Origin: a virus
Virus record (IMG/VR): IMGVR_UViG_3300042553_000685
Direction: 5' to 3' (one strand)
DNA: 64,000 bases
A program made the translations under genes and the position numbers. This document shows positions 1 to 7,744 of the stretch, piece by piece; position 1 is the stretch's first letter, and every line of letters begins with the position of its first letter. The notes beneath the pieces were generated by a model. That model was not told the origin of the DNA. It saw only the letters and a program-made list of their open reading frames with translations, and searched no databases.

Positions 1-201
1 CGTAAATATGGTGGCTCTACCACAAGACATGGGTTCCGTAAAGGAGATTTAGTTTCTTCTCCCAAAGGAATTGGTTATGTTAGTGGAGATACCGAAAAAC
101 AGCTATCTGTAAGCGATACCAGTTGGAAACGATTGGGACAGATAGTTGTTAGTAAGATTCAGTTAATTCGTCGTTCTAACGGTTTAATTGTTTCTCACTA
201 A
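1..201 (+). CDS. 3-prime fragment of an HNH/RRXRR-type endonuclease-like ORF (start lies left of the window)
   Basis: Frame 1 is open from base 1 to TAA at 199-201. It is absent from the ORF track because it is truncated. The translation ...HGFRKGDLVSSPKGIGYVSGDTEKQLSVSDTSWKRLGQIVVSKIQLIRRSNGLIVSH resembles, from memory, the conserved C-terminal tail of RRXRR/HNH endonucleases. A hairpin follows. Confidence 0.4.
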   Translation, partial: RKYGGSTTRHGFRKGDLVSSPKGIGYVSGDTEKQLSVSDTSWKRLGQIVVSKIQLIRRSNGLIVSH

Positions 202-212
202 CTTGTATAAAG

Positions 213-244
213 CCGCCCTCCGCTATCACTAAAGGGCGGGGTTT
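213..244 (+). terminator. Hairpin terminator candidate after the truncated ORF
   Basis: 7-bp GC-rich stem CCGCCCT (213-219) / AGGGCGG (233-239) with a 13-nt loop, followed by GGTTT. The T-tract is short. Confidence 0.45.
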
Positions 245-260
245 CAGACCCAGTTTTTCA

Positions 261-1016
261 ATGACAGCGTTATACCAAGCCGTACAATTCAACCCGCAGT
301 GTACTGTATGTAGTCTATCTACTAGGCAGGCAGTGAGTGGTCAATCTGAGAAACCTATTGAAGATGTAATACTAGTAGCTATCTCAGCCTATCCTGGTAA
401 ACGTGAGGAGGCCACTAAGATGAGCCTCGCTCCCGGCACTAACAGTGAAGATACTAGTGGCGCCGGGGCCTTCCTCCGGCGTTGCTTATATTGGGCTATA
501 GAGTGTGACCCCACGTGGGATGGGCCCCCCATTAATGAGCTAGTGTATTTCACTAATGCTATAAAGTGCTCTCCTCGGGACAAGACAGTTAAGGATATTC
601 ATCGCTCCCGCTGTCGGGATACCTGGCTACTCCCTGAGCTCACAGCACTACCAACTGGCGTACCTCTATTACTAGCAGGTAGCGAAGCAGTTAAGGCCAT
701 ACACGGTCTCGACGCCACTATAGCCAATTACAGAGGGGCTGTCTATAACTGGCGGGGCCATCCTACTGTAACTACGTTTAATCCAATAGAAGTAGAGAGA
801 GGTGTCTTCTATAAGACTACTATAGATGAAGAGGATGTTAAACGTGACCTCGAGGCCCTACTTCGCAGTAAGAAAACCCTGCGAGATAGTGACATCGATA
901 AGATAGTTAAGACTCGTATGTGGAACCCCGTCCCTGTAGGTAGTATGATGTGGCACTTCAGGAAGGATATAAATATCATCAAACAAGAGATACTGAACTA
1001 TGCAAACACAAAATAA
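261..1016 (+). CDS. Uracil-DNA glycosylase superfamily protein (family 4/5-like, divergent catalytic motifs)
   Basis: Has an N-terminal CxxC (QCTVCS), SGAGAFLRRCL, a VYFTNAIKCSP block typical of family 4 UDGs, and LLLAGSEAVKA. Motif A reads AYPG rather than GEAPG, and motif B reads FNP rather than HPS. Confidence 0.6.
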   Translation: MTALYQAVQFNPQCTVCSLSTRQAVSGQSEKPIEDVILVAISAYPGKREEATKMSLAPGTNSEDTSGAGAFLRRCLYWAIECDPTWDGPPINELVYFTNAIKCSPRDKTVKDIHRSRCRDTWLLPELTALPTGVPLLLAGSEAVKAIHGLDATIANYRGAVYNWRGHPTVTTFNPIEVERGVFYKTTIDEEDVKRDLEALLRSKKTLRDSDIDKIVKTRMWNPVPVGSMMWHFRKDINIIKQEILNYANTK

Positions 1017-1263
1017 ACATGTCACAGAGCGGGCCGCCTTATTCAATAAGTTGCGCTTTCTGGGTATTAAGAGTATCGTCGTCTACTATTGGCACGATAA
1101 TAAACAACCCTGTCTCCTAGCGCCTCTCTATAACTCTGACGTTACTGACACGTACATGATATCCGCTAACTTTAATATCGAGGAGACTAAGTTGATCTGG
1201 AGTATTGCGCGCAATCTACTGCCCGATAATTCTCAAGAAGGACACATCACTATTATTGTTTAG
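1000..1263 (+). CDS. Hypothetical protein (87 aa)
   Basis: ORF overlaps the upstream stop by 17 nt, on the same strand as the module. No recognisable motif. Confidence 0.4.
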   Translation: MQTQNKHVTERAALFNKLRFLGIKSIVVYYWHDNKQPCLLAPLYNSDVTDTYMISANFNIEETKLIWSIARNLLPDNSQEGHITIIV

Positions 1264-1268
1264 TTTAT

Positions 1269-1439
1269 ATGAATACTAAGAATCTAGCGTACTGGTATCT
1301 ATTAATTGGGGCCGTCTATGGTCTTACTGAACGTACTATTGACCTTGCTAAACAGGGGTTCACTCTTCTGGAGATAGGTACAATTGCCGTCATAGTTTTC
1401 ACCCTAGTATGTATTATCTGTGTGCGTCCCTATGACTAA
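1269..1439 (+). CDS. Small hydrophobic protein (56 aa, two predicted membrane segments)
   Basis: ATG at 1269 and TAA at 1437-1439, below the ORF-track cutoff. Translation is MNTKNLAYWYLLIGAVYGL...IGTIAVIVFTLVCIICVRPYD. Its stop overlaps the ATG at 1432 of the clamp-loader gene (tATGACTAAt). Confidence 0.3.
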   Translation: MNTKNLAYWYLLIGAVYGLTERTIDLAKQGFTLLEIGTIAVIVFTLVCIICVRPYD

Positions 1440-2523
1440 TAGCCTATCTAATAAACATAGGCCCCGCCGACTAGCTGACTATGTAGGTGGCGGATTGGCC
1501 ATCTCGTTAGTTAAGGCTCTTATCAGCAGAAATCTACATAGCTCGGCAGGTAATAATGTTTACTCGGCGGGGAATATGTTAATGTGGGGCCCGCCTGGTT
1601 GTGGTAAGACTACACTAGCCCTGTTATATGCTCGTAGTACTCTCTGCCCTAACCGTGAGCCCGGTAGCTGGGAGGGCTGCGGTGAGTGCCCCGTATGTCT
1701 GGGTACTGATACTACTAACATTTATCACTATACTATCAGTAGCCCTACTGAGGCCCGGCCTCATATAGAGCGCTACCTGGATATAGCCTATGCCAGTCCT
1801 GTAATAGTAGGGGATAGAGAAGATCAGTATCGCCAGTTCATCATCCTCGATGAATTTCAGCGTATCAGCCCTGAGCTAGCATCTCTATTACTAGAGGCCA
1901 TTGAGTTCGGACCCAATCATACCAGTTGGATCCTCTGCACTATGGATAAGCAGAAGCTAATGGCTAATAAGGTGACGAGCCAGGCCATAGAGCGCCGCTG
2001 TTTAGAGGTACCGCTATCTAATCCCCCCATTGATGATATGGCAGGGCGTATTTGTGATATAATGAACATAGAGCTGGAGGCAGCTCAGGCCCTCGTTAAA
2101 CTGGCCGGTAGCGCTGGCAGAGCATGGTCTCTTCTAGAGCGACTATTACTAGTTAATACAGTAGAGAATATCACCTATGACCTAGTTTATGATGAACTGG
2201 CAGGTGGCGCTACTGTAGAGGGCCGAGCTGCATTCTGGAGCGCCCTGGCCCTCAGTGATGTGAGAACCGTCCGCACTTATATCAAGATGTGGCAACTCGA
2301 TATTAATGGGGAGGTAATCGCAGGCCTTCTAGTGGAGGATATCATTAATAGAATTACTGGACCTAATCCCTCTATAGAACGATTACTTGCTGACCTGGCT
2401 CGCTGGTGGGGTAATAAGTCGTACCCACTGGAGGCTGTTCTACTAGCCCATCTGGGTACTAGTGTGGTGCACCCCGTACCCCTGCTATTAACTCGAGGTA
2501 CGGGACTGAGGTGGCTGCAGTGA
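1420..2523 (+). CDS. AAA+ clamp-loader subunit (DNA polymerase III gamma/tau DnaX-like)
   Basis: Walker A GPPGCGKTT, zinc module CGECPVC, Walker B ILDEFQ, sensor-1 ILCT, and an SRC-like IERRC. The likely true start is ATG 1432 (MTNSLSNKH). Confidence 0.85.
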   Translation: MCVPMTNSLSNKHRPRRLADYVGGGLAISLVKALISRNLHSSAGNNVYSAGNMLMWGPPGCGKTTLALLYARSTLCPNREPGSWEGCGECPVCLGTDTTNIYHYTISSPTEARPHIERYLDIAYASPVIVGDREDQYRQFIILDEFQRISPELASLLLEAIEFGPNHTSWILCTMDKQKLMANKVTSQAIERRCLEVPLSNPPIDDMAGRICDIMNIELEAAQALVKLAGSAGRAWSLLERLLLVNTVENITYDLVYDELAGGATVEGRAAFWSALALSDVRTVRTYIKMWQLDINGEVIAGLLVEDIINRITGPNPSIERLLADLARWWGNKSYPLEAVLLAHLGTSVVHPVPLLLTRGTGLRWLQ

Positions 2524-3197
2524 TATACCTGACTACTACACCTGTCACTCTACTTAACTACCACTTGCGGCAGCAGGGTATTACTCCTCTAGTAGGACAC
2601 GATGCATCCTGTCTCGAGTGGGGTAACTTCCTAGAGCCAGTGGTGGTTATATGGGAGGGGCCCCCTGCTATCGATCATGTAACACAGGTAGAGGGTAACA
2701 CTGCCTATCTCGTCTTCGATAGGATACCAGCTGCATGGGCCGCTCGCGGTACAAGTTATGAGGTAGACCCCAATCAGTATCAGGCCATCCTGAATAAGGT
2801 AGGGGGCGTACTCACACAGCAGGGGCGCCTTAATCTATGGCGAGCCTATCATATGGCCCCTCGTCGCCTGGGAGCAGAACTATTAATACTCAGCCTGCTC
2901 TATAAGGAGACTGGTAAGCCAGCAGATTGGATCGAGCCTAGTACTCGATTACTCCGAGTACGCCTGGGTCGCGGGGCCCGCCACATACTTAACCTAGATA
3001 GTGAGGTATATGTAGCATTGATGTCTAATAGCCGCACTGATAGTATAGGCGTTGCTATAGAGAGAGTAGCTGCCTGTGTTAGAGCAGGGGGCCCTCGCTC
3101 TACCTGGCTGGCACTAGCGTTAGAGGAGTGGATAGCTAGAGTGGGGCCCACCCCATCAGAAGACGACCTCGCCTTTCTCGACACACTTCTGAACTAG
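2511..3197 (+). CDS. Hypothetical protein (228 aa), possible P-loop-less clamp-loader accessory subunit
   Basis: GTG start overlaps the upstream gene by 13 nt. The function is guessed from position only. Confidence 0.5.
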   Translation: MAAVIYLTTTPVTLLNYHLRQQGITPLVGHDASCLEWGNFLEPVVVIWEGPPAIDHVTQVEGNTAYLVFDRIPAAWAARGTSYEVDPNQYQAILNKVGGVLTQQGRLNLWRAYHMAPRRLGAELLILSLLYKETGKPADWIEPSTRLLRVRLGRGARHILNLDSEVYVALMSNSRTDSIGVAIERVAACVRAGGPRSTWLALALEEWIARVGPTPSEDDLAFLDTLLN

Positions 3198-3250
3198 GAT
3201 ACCGAGCGCTAACTCCTGCCACATAACTACGGCTATCGCATCGATTAGTC

Positions 3251-4477
3251 GTGTCTATAAGGTTACTGGTCCACCTAAACCAGATATACACCACATACAA
3301 CTACACGAATATGTCTGATTTATTACTTAATGTCGATAACAGTTATCTTGATTTAGCTACTGAATTGAACATTGATATCAGTACTATCACTGATACTATT
3401 GATATCAATACATCGAAGAGCAGTCTCAATACATACTTTACCTCGCTGCCTAAGGATATTGTCGTCCGCCGTCTTAATAGCGCTAGTTATCAAGATAGCC
3501 AAGAGATGCGCTGGGCCTACCCAGGTCAGGATGACCCAAAGTTATTCGAACAATTCGAGGGCGTGAATGGTGTGATTGTACGGTTACAGGGCGTAATACT
3601 ACAGCACCAGGCGCAGTTAGACCACAGCTATTGGGATGAAGCTAATAGTAAATATGTGCGCTTCTGTAATAGTGTAGGATATAAGCGTACCTATCCTGAT
3701 GGTAGTATTAAACTAATCCAGGCCCTCCCTGAGAACGTATGTCTCAAGGGCGTAACTGAATATGGAGATCCACCTAATCGCCCTCTACCTATTATCGATA
3801 AGCTAGGTCTAGTTGGTAAGAAGGGCATGACCTGTAGTGAATGTATTCGCGCAGGCCTGCATAGTCAAGAGGTAGAAGGTAAGGACCGCCCTGTTACCTG
3901 TAGCCCGACGGGCCAACTTATCTTCTATGTTACAGGCTTCACCACTCGAGTATTGTCCAATAAGGGAGGCAAGGTCACATCTACCTTCAATGACTATACA
4001 GTGAAAGAACTCATGGATGATACTGGCTTCATCCTAATCATTCCCCTCAAGGCAAAGTCTACTCGCCGTGGTATCTGGGATGCCTCAACTAAACAGTGGA
4101 CTAGTGTCGGTTATGAGGCTATGGTCAATAATCTCATCTACAAGCACAGCAAGGACTTCGATAATGCCCCTGTTGGCAAACGCGATACTATTGCAATGAA
4201 GATGAGTCCTTATTTTCAGACTATTATCATTAGTATCGTACCGCCTAATCCAGAAGATAAGAACCCCAAGGCATCACTAAACTTCGCAGTTAAGGAGATT
4301 CCTGACTTAGGGGCTATTAAGGCAGCACGCAAGTACTGGCAGCAGATTAATCCTGCTGGTGAGATTAATGTTCTTAATGAGAGTGACTTTAGCAACACAA
4401 AGAGTGTTGGCCCGTGTACTGCGGAAGTCGTAGAAGAAGAAACAATTGAGATTAATGGAAACCCCTGGGCCGAATGA
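3251..4477 (+). CDS. Hypothetical replication-module protein, candidate zinc-containing ssDNA-binding protein
   Basis: Long ORF between the clamp loader and a helicase. It has a Cys/His cluster (CSECIRAGLH...CSP) and an acidic C-terminal tail EVVEEETIEINGNPWAE. The likely start is the internal MSDLLLN (about 3311). Confidence 0.55.
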   Translation: MSIRLLVHLNQIYTTYNYTNMSDLLLNVDNSYLDLATELNIDISTITDTIDINTSKSSLNTYFTSLPKDIVVRRLNSASYQDSQEMRWAYPGQDDPKLFEQFEGVNGVIVRLQGVILQHQAQLDHSYWDEANSKYVRFCNSVGYKRTYPDGSIKLIQALPENVCLKGVTEYGDPPNRPLPIIDKLGLVGKKGMTCSECIRAGLHSQEVEGKDRPVTCSPTGQLIFYVTGFTTRVLSNKGGKVTSTFNDYTVKELMDDTGFILIIPLKAKSTRRGIWDASTKQWTSVGYEAMVNNLIYKHSKDFDNAPVGKRDTIAMKMSPYFQTIIISIVPPNPEDKNPKASLNFAVKEIPDLGAIKAARKYWQQINPAGEINVLNESDFSNTKSVGPCTAEVVEEETIEINGNPWAE

Positions 4478-5916
4478 TAATACGAGTAGATGGTAACTGG
4501 GCCTATATACCAGAACTACTGCCAGGCTGTCATAGACATCTCTGTGCAGTGCTAGACGTAGAAGAAGCCCGCTCTATAGCGGGTATTCTTCCTATTGAAC
4601 CCCTAGCTATACCTGCTCATTACCCTCTCTATTATCCAGATGAGCGAGGGGGCTGTCGCTTATTGGCGGGTCTCCTCCCTCTCTATATGGAGTTACTACG
4701 GCGGGCTGGCCATACTGCTACTCTAGAATTGCCCCCCCGACCAACTCTACTCGATCCTGTTATAGACGCTAGACTACGCCTCGACCAACGAGAGGCAATA
4801 GCTAGCGTATTACGAGGCTACCGGGGCTACGTGCGGGCTGCTACTGGTTATGGAAAGAGCGCTGTTATTGCCACGCTGATGAAATACTTCGAGGCCCACC
4901 GACTCATAGTAGTACCTACCGTACGTCTACTCTACCAGATGGCAGAGGATGTGCAGGAGTGGGCGGGCCTCTCTCCTGGACTAGTAGGAGATGGTAATGA
5001 TGATATTGGAGCTATGACTATCGCTACCGTAGATACTCTCTATGAGCGTATTAAGCGGGGCGATAGGCGCTATATAGAGTGGCTCTCTGGTATTGAGGTC
5101 GCTGTGTTCGATGAGGCGCATACCTATATGAATGCAAGTGGTATCACTACTGCTCTATCATTAGTCAACGCGTGTTATAAGATTGGCATGACTGCTACAC
5201 CTACTCGCCCTAAGATGATGGAGGCTATATTCGGCCCCCTTCTTGCAGAGTATCAAGAGACTACTCTCATCGAGAGCGGCGTCATTATGCAACCTAAGTT
5301 CGAGTTCTATCCAGCTCCTCCCGGTGCAGTAACGCACGGCTCATTCAATAAGCCCTTTACACCATGGCTCTATAATCAGCTATACGATAGCGTCATAGTT
5401 AATAATAGAGCCCGCAATGCCCTTATAGCAAGGCACGCATGCCGACTGATAAATGAAGGCTATGGGCCTGTGCTCATCCTAGTGCGTAAGGTAGGTACTA
5501 CTAGTAAGAAGAAGAATCCTGCCAGTCAGGCTCTTAACGTACTGACTGAGCTAGAGGCGCTGGGCACATCTCTACCCATTATTCATGGTAAGAGTACTAA
5601 CATAACCGACGTACTAGACCAGCTGTCAGCGGGCTCTATATCTGGCGCTATAGCCAGTGAGGGTATCTTGAGCCTAGGTGTAAGCATACGCTCTATTGGT
5701 AGTATTATAATGGCCGCCGGTGGTAAGGGAGGAGTAGACGGTGTATCTATGATTCAAAAGGTGGGCCGGGCCTTACGCGTTAAAGAGGGTAAGCGTAACC
5801 CACCTATAATTGACTTCGTGGATCCACAGGGCTGGTTCCACTCTCAGAGTGAGGCGCGTATTAGAATAGCCACTGATACATACGGCGGTGATCACGTCAC
5901 TGTATTCACTACTTGA
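4474..5916 (+). CDS. SF2 DEAH-box DNA helicase (UvsW / Res-subunit-like)
   Basis: Motif I ATGYGKS, motif II FDEAH, motif III TATP, motif VI QKVGRALR. It overlaps the upstream stop (ATGA). Confidence 0.85.
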   Translation: MIIRVDGNWAYIPELLPGCHRHLCAVLDVEEARSIAGILPIEPLAIPAHYPLYYPDERGGCRLLAGLLPLYMELLRRAGHTATLELPPRPTLLDPVIDARLRLDQREAIASVLRGYRGYVRAATGYGKSAVIATLMKYFEAHRLIVVPTVRLLYQMAEDVQEWAGLSPGLVGDGNDDIGAMTIATVDTLYERIKRGDRRYIEWLSGIEVAVFDEAHTYMNASGITTALSLVNACYKIGMTATPTRPKMMEAIFGPLLAEYQETTLIESGVIMQPKFEFYPAPPGAVTHGSFNKPFTPWLYNQLYDSVIVNNRARNALIARHACRLINEGYGPVLILVRKVGTTSKKKNPASQALNVLTELEALGTSLPIIHGKSTNITDVLDQLSAGSISGAIASEGILSLGVSIRSIGSIIMAAGGKGGVDGVSMIQKVGRALRVKEGKRNPPIIDFVDPQGWFHSQSEARIRIATDTYGGDHVTVFTT

Positions 5917-5929
5917 CACTAGCGCTGTC

Positions 5930-6193
5930 CTAGCATGCCCATGCCTTGCGGGCCTTGCATAAGCGCTTGTTAGGTGTCTTGCGACAGTCTATATCGTGCA
6001 TATCCGCCTGGCCTGCGCTACGCGCACAGAAGCTCTTACGGCGGGCCGCATCTACCTTATTCTTGGGATTAGGAGCAGGGGGCTTCAGGTTAGAGCCAGT
6101 AGCGCGATTGTAATCAGCGCGGCCCTTAGCTGTTAGCCCTCCGTCTGGATCCTTGTGCTCTTTCTTAAAAGTGAAGCTCTTCTTCTTAGCCAT
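5930..6193 (-). CDS. Small basic Cys-containing protein (87 aa)
   Basis: The only credible - strand ORF in the left arm. Lys/Arg-rich (MAKKKSFTFKKEHKDPDGGLTAKGRADYNRATGSNLKPP...) with 4 Cys in the C-terminal third. Confidence 0.5.
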   Translation of the reverse strand: MAKKKSFTFKKEHKDPDGGLTAKGRADYNRATGSNLKPPAPNPKNKVDAARRKSFCARSAGQADMHDIDCRKTPNKRLCKARKAWAC

Positions 6194-6285
6194 AGTTAAT
6201 GCTCTTCTAATTTCACTATCATCATACTCAACGTAATTGGTTAATAGTAGGTGTTAATTACCTGGGCGATTAATTACACACATGA

Positions 6286-6315
6286 TTGACACAGCATTAG
6301 TAATTGTGTTAAAAT
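6286..6315 (+). promoter_or_regulatory. Sigma70-type promoter for tRNA-Tyr
   Basis: TTGACA (6286-6291), an 18-nt spacer, then TGtTAAAAT (extended -10, hexamer 6310-6315). It ends 12 nt before the tRNA. Confidence 0.55.
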
Positions 6316-6327
6316 TGAAACAAACAA

Positions 6328-6410
6328 GGGTTAGTGGCCGAGTAGTCGAAGGCGACAGACTGTAAATCTGTAGATTTAATTCCACGCTGGTGCAAATCCA
6401 GCTTAACCCA
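6328..6410 (+). tRNA. tRNA-Tyr (GTA), long-variable-arm type
   Basis: Hand fold gives acceptor GGGTTAG/TTAACCC (one G:T pair), D arm GCC-GAGTAGTCGAA-GGC, and anticodon arm ACAGA-CTGTAAA-TCTGT. It also gives a 14-nt variable region and T arm GCTGG-TGCAAAT-CCAGC. No CCA is encoded. The T-loop has G where U55 is expected. Confidence 0.65.
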
Positions 6411-6438
6411 CTAAAATAAATAAGGATTGAAATAACCA

Positions 6439-6744
6439 ATGAAGACCATCTGGAAGTACCCTATCTCTTCTGTGCCTTGCCAAAAGATTGAAATGCCGTT
6501 AAATGCAGAGATATTATGTGTTCAGTTACAGGATCATATTCCTACACTTTGGGCATTAGTAGAAACAGAAAATCCCAAAAAACCTTTTAATATTTTGACT
6601 TACTACACTGGTGCTTACTGGATAAATGAAAAAGGAAAATACATTGGAACCTATCAATTAGCTGGATTGGTACATCATGTATTTGTTGATGATATTTACA
6701 AAGAGGAATATCAATTTTATTTTGAAACAGAAAAAATCAATTGA
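6439..6744 (+). CDS. Hypothetical protein (101 aa)
   Basis: AT-rich ORF in the tRNA islet, followed by a strong hairpin. No motif recognised. Confidence 0.5.
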   Translation: MKTIWKYPISSVPCQKIEMPLNAEILCVQLQDHIPTLWALVETENPKKPFNILTYYTGAYWINEKGKYIGTYQLAGLVHHVFVDDIYKEEYQFYFETEKIN

Positions 6745-6795
6745 ACAGATACTAGCCAAAATAAAACCTCTCAACAAAATAAAGGCAAAACTAAT

Positions 6796-6846
6796 TATGA
6801 CCATGTCTTTCCCCGATGTAAATCATTGGCGAAAGACATGGTCATA
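6796..6846. terminator. 16-bp perfect hairpin, candidate bidirectional terminator
   Basis: TATGACCATGTCTTTC (6796-6811) pairs with GAAAGACATGGTCATA (6831-6846) around a 19-nt loop. It lies between the converging ORF 6439-6744 (+) and the tRNA-like RNA (-). Confidence 0.5.
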
Positions 6847-6906
6847 GGAATTGACACAATAAACCTTTTCAGGGTATCGAGAAGGAATGTATTTTCCGAC
6901 CACAGG

Positions 6907-7104
6907 TACTAGGGACGGGAATTGAACCCGCAAAACTTAATTAAATCTACTCCTGACGAAACGCCCTTCCCTCACTCAATCTTTGCCAAGTTCGGTGGAT
7001 TCGCAAATTTCAGTTTTGAAACAAAAAACAAAGGTATTTTTTGCATTAAGTCCCTTTTCGGTTGAAGGCTCCGTTTCAGCCTTTAGCTACCAAGCTACCC
7101 TAGC
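6907..7104 (-). ncRNA. 198-nt tRNA-like RNA (interrupted tRNA, possibly Phe-GAA, or tRNA-like ncRNA)
   Basis: On the - strand, 5-prime GCTAGGG-TAGCTTGGTAGCT pairs with the 3-prime end GCGGG-TTCAATT-CCCGT-CCCTAGT-A. That gives a 7-bp acceptor with one G:T pair and a canonical T arm. About 120 nt of extra sequence lies between the halves. AAAGG-CTGAAAC would be a Phe-type anticodon arm, with its complement CCTTT 38 nt further on. Confidence 0.5.
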
Positions 7105-7110
7105 ACTTCA

Positions 7111-7139
7111 ATTATATCAGAGACTTCTAAAATTGTCAA
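7111..7139 (-). promoter_or_regulatory. Consensus sigma70 promoter for the tRNA-like RNA
   Basis: On the - strand: TTGACA (7139-7134), a 17-nt spacer, TATAAT (7116-7111), then 6 nt to the first acceptor base at 7104. Confidence 0.65.
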
Positions 7140-7156
7140 TCCTTGCATGACTACTT

Positions 7157-7744
7157 ATGTTCTTTATTATTATTCATGGTCTAAGTGGCTCAGGTAAGAC
7201 TGAAGCCTCTAAATGTTTATCTAAGTTACTGGGGGTAGAGGAGATTCATCCTATAGCTCCATGGAAGCGCTTCACAGAGAAATACTATGGATTGCCAGAG
7301 GGGGCCCTCGATACAACAGAATACAAGGAGTATACACCCAATGGTATGAATATAACCATGAATCAGTTCATGGTTAATCTCTATCACTTCATGAGAGAGA
7401 ATGACCCCTACTTTTCTAGTCGTATGATGCGGACTGAGATACGGCGCCATATCAGCGAGGGTATACCTACTCTTCTATTATCCCTACGCAACCTGGAGGA
7501 GGTAGAGGTAATAGAGAGTATACTATCTACATTGATTAATAGATGTTGTATAGTAATCAATATAAGCCGCTCGTCTGAGCAGGTACTGAGTAGTGATGTT
7601 AACTATCAGGCGATTAAGGACCGTCTGGCACGCCTTAATGGGGCGGGCGTTCATTATATAGACATAGTTAATGATTACCGCAGAGTATCAGACTTGAAGA
7701 AGGCACTAGAGAGATTGCTTAAGATTTATGTCAATTCTAGATGA
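7157..7744 (+). CDS. P-loop nucleotide/nucleoside-monophosphate kinase-like protein
   Basis: N-terminal Walker A IIIHGLSGSGKTE in a 195-aa protein. The size and layout fit dNMP-kinase-type enzymes. Confidence 0.55.
   Translation: MFFIIIHGLSGSGKTEASKCLSKLLGVEEIHPIAPWKRFTEKYYGLPEGALDTTEYKEYTPNGMNITMNQFMVNLYHFMRENDPYFSSRMMRTEIRRHISEGIPTLLLSLRNLEEVEVIESILSTLINRCCIVINISRSSEQVLSSDVNYQAIKDRLARLNGAGVHYIDIVNDYRRVSDLKKALERLLKIYVNSR

Noticed and set aside
6254-6439. 61-aa - strand ORF
   Set aside because: It lies entirely over the tRNA-Tyr gene and its promoter, so it is most likely a chance ORF.
6907-7104. Group I intron-containing tRNA or tmRNA
   Set aside because: The roughly 120-nt insert looks too short to carry a full group I core, and I see no P7/P3-like conserved elements. 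The internal sequence gives no plausible tmRNA tag ORF; GCA AAA AAT ACC... ends KD-stop, not a hydrophobic degradation tag. At 198 nt the RNA is also well short of tmRNA size. I left it as an unclassified tRNA-like RNA.
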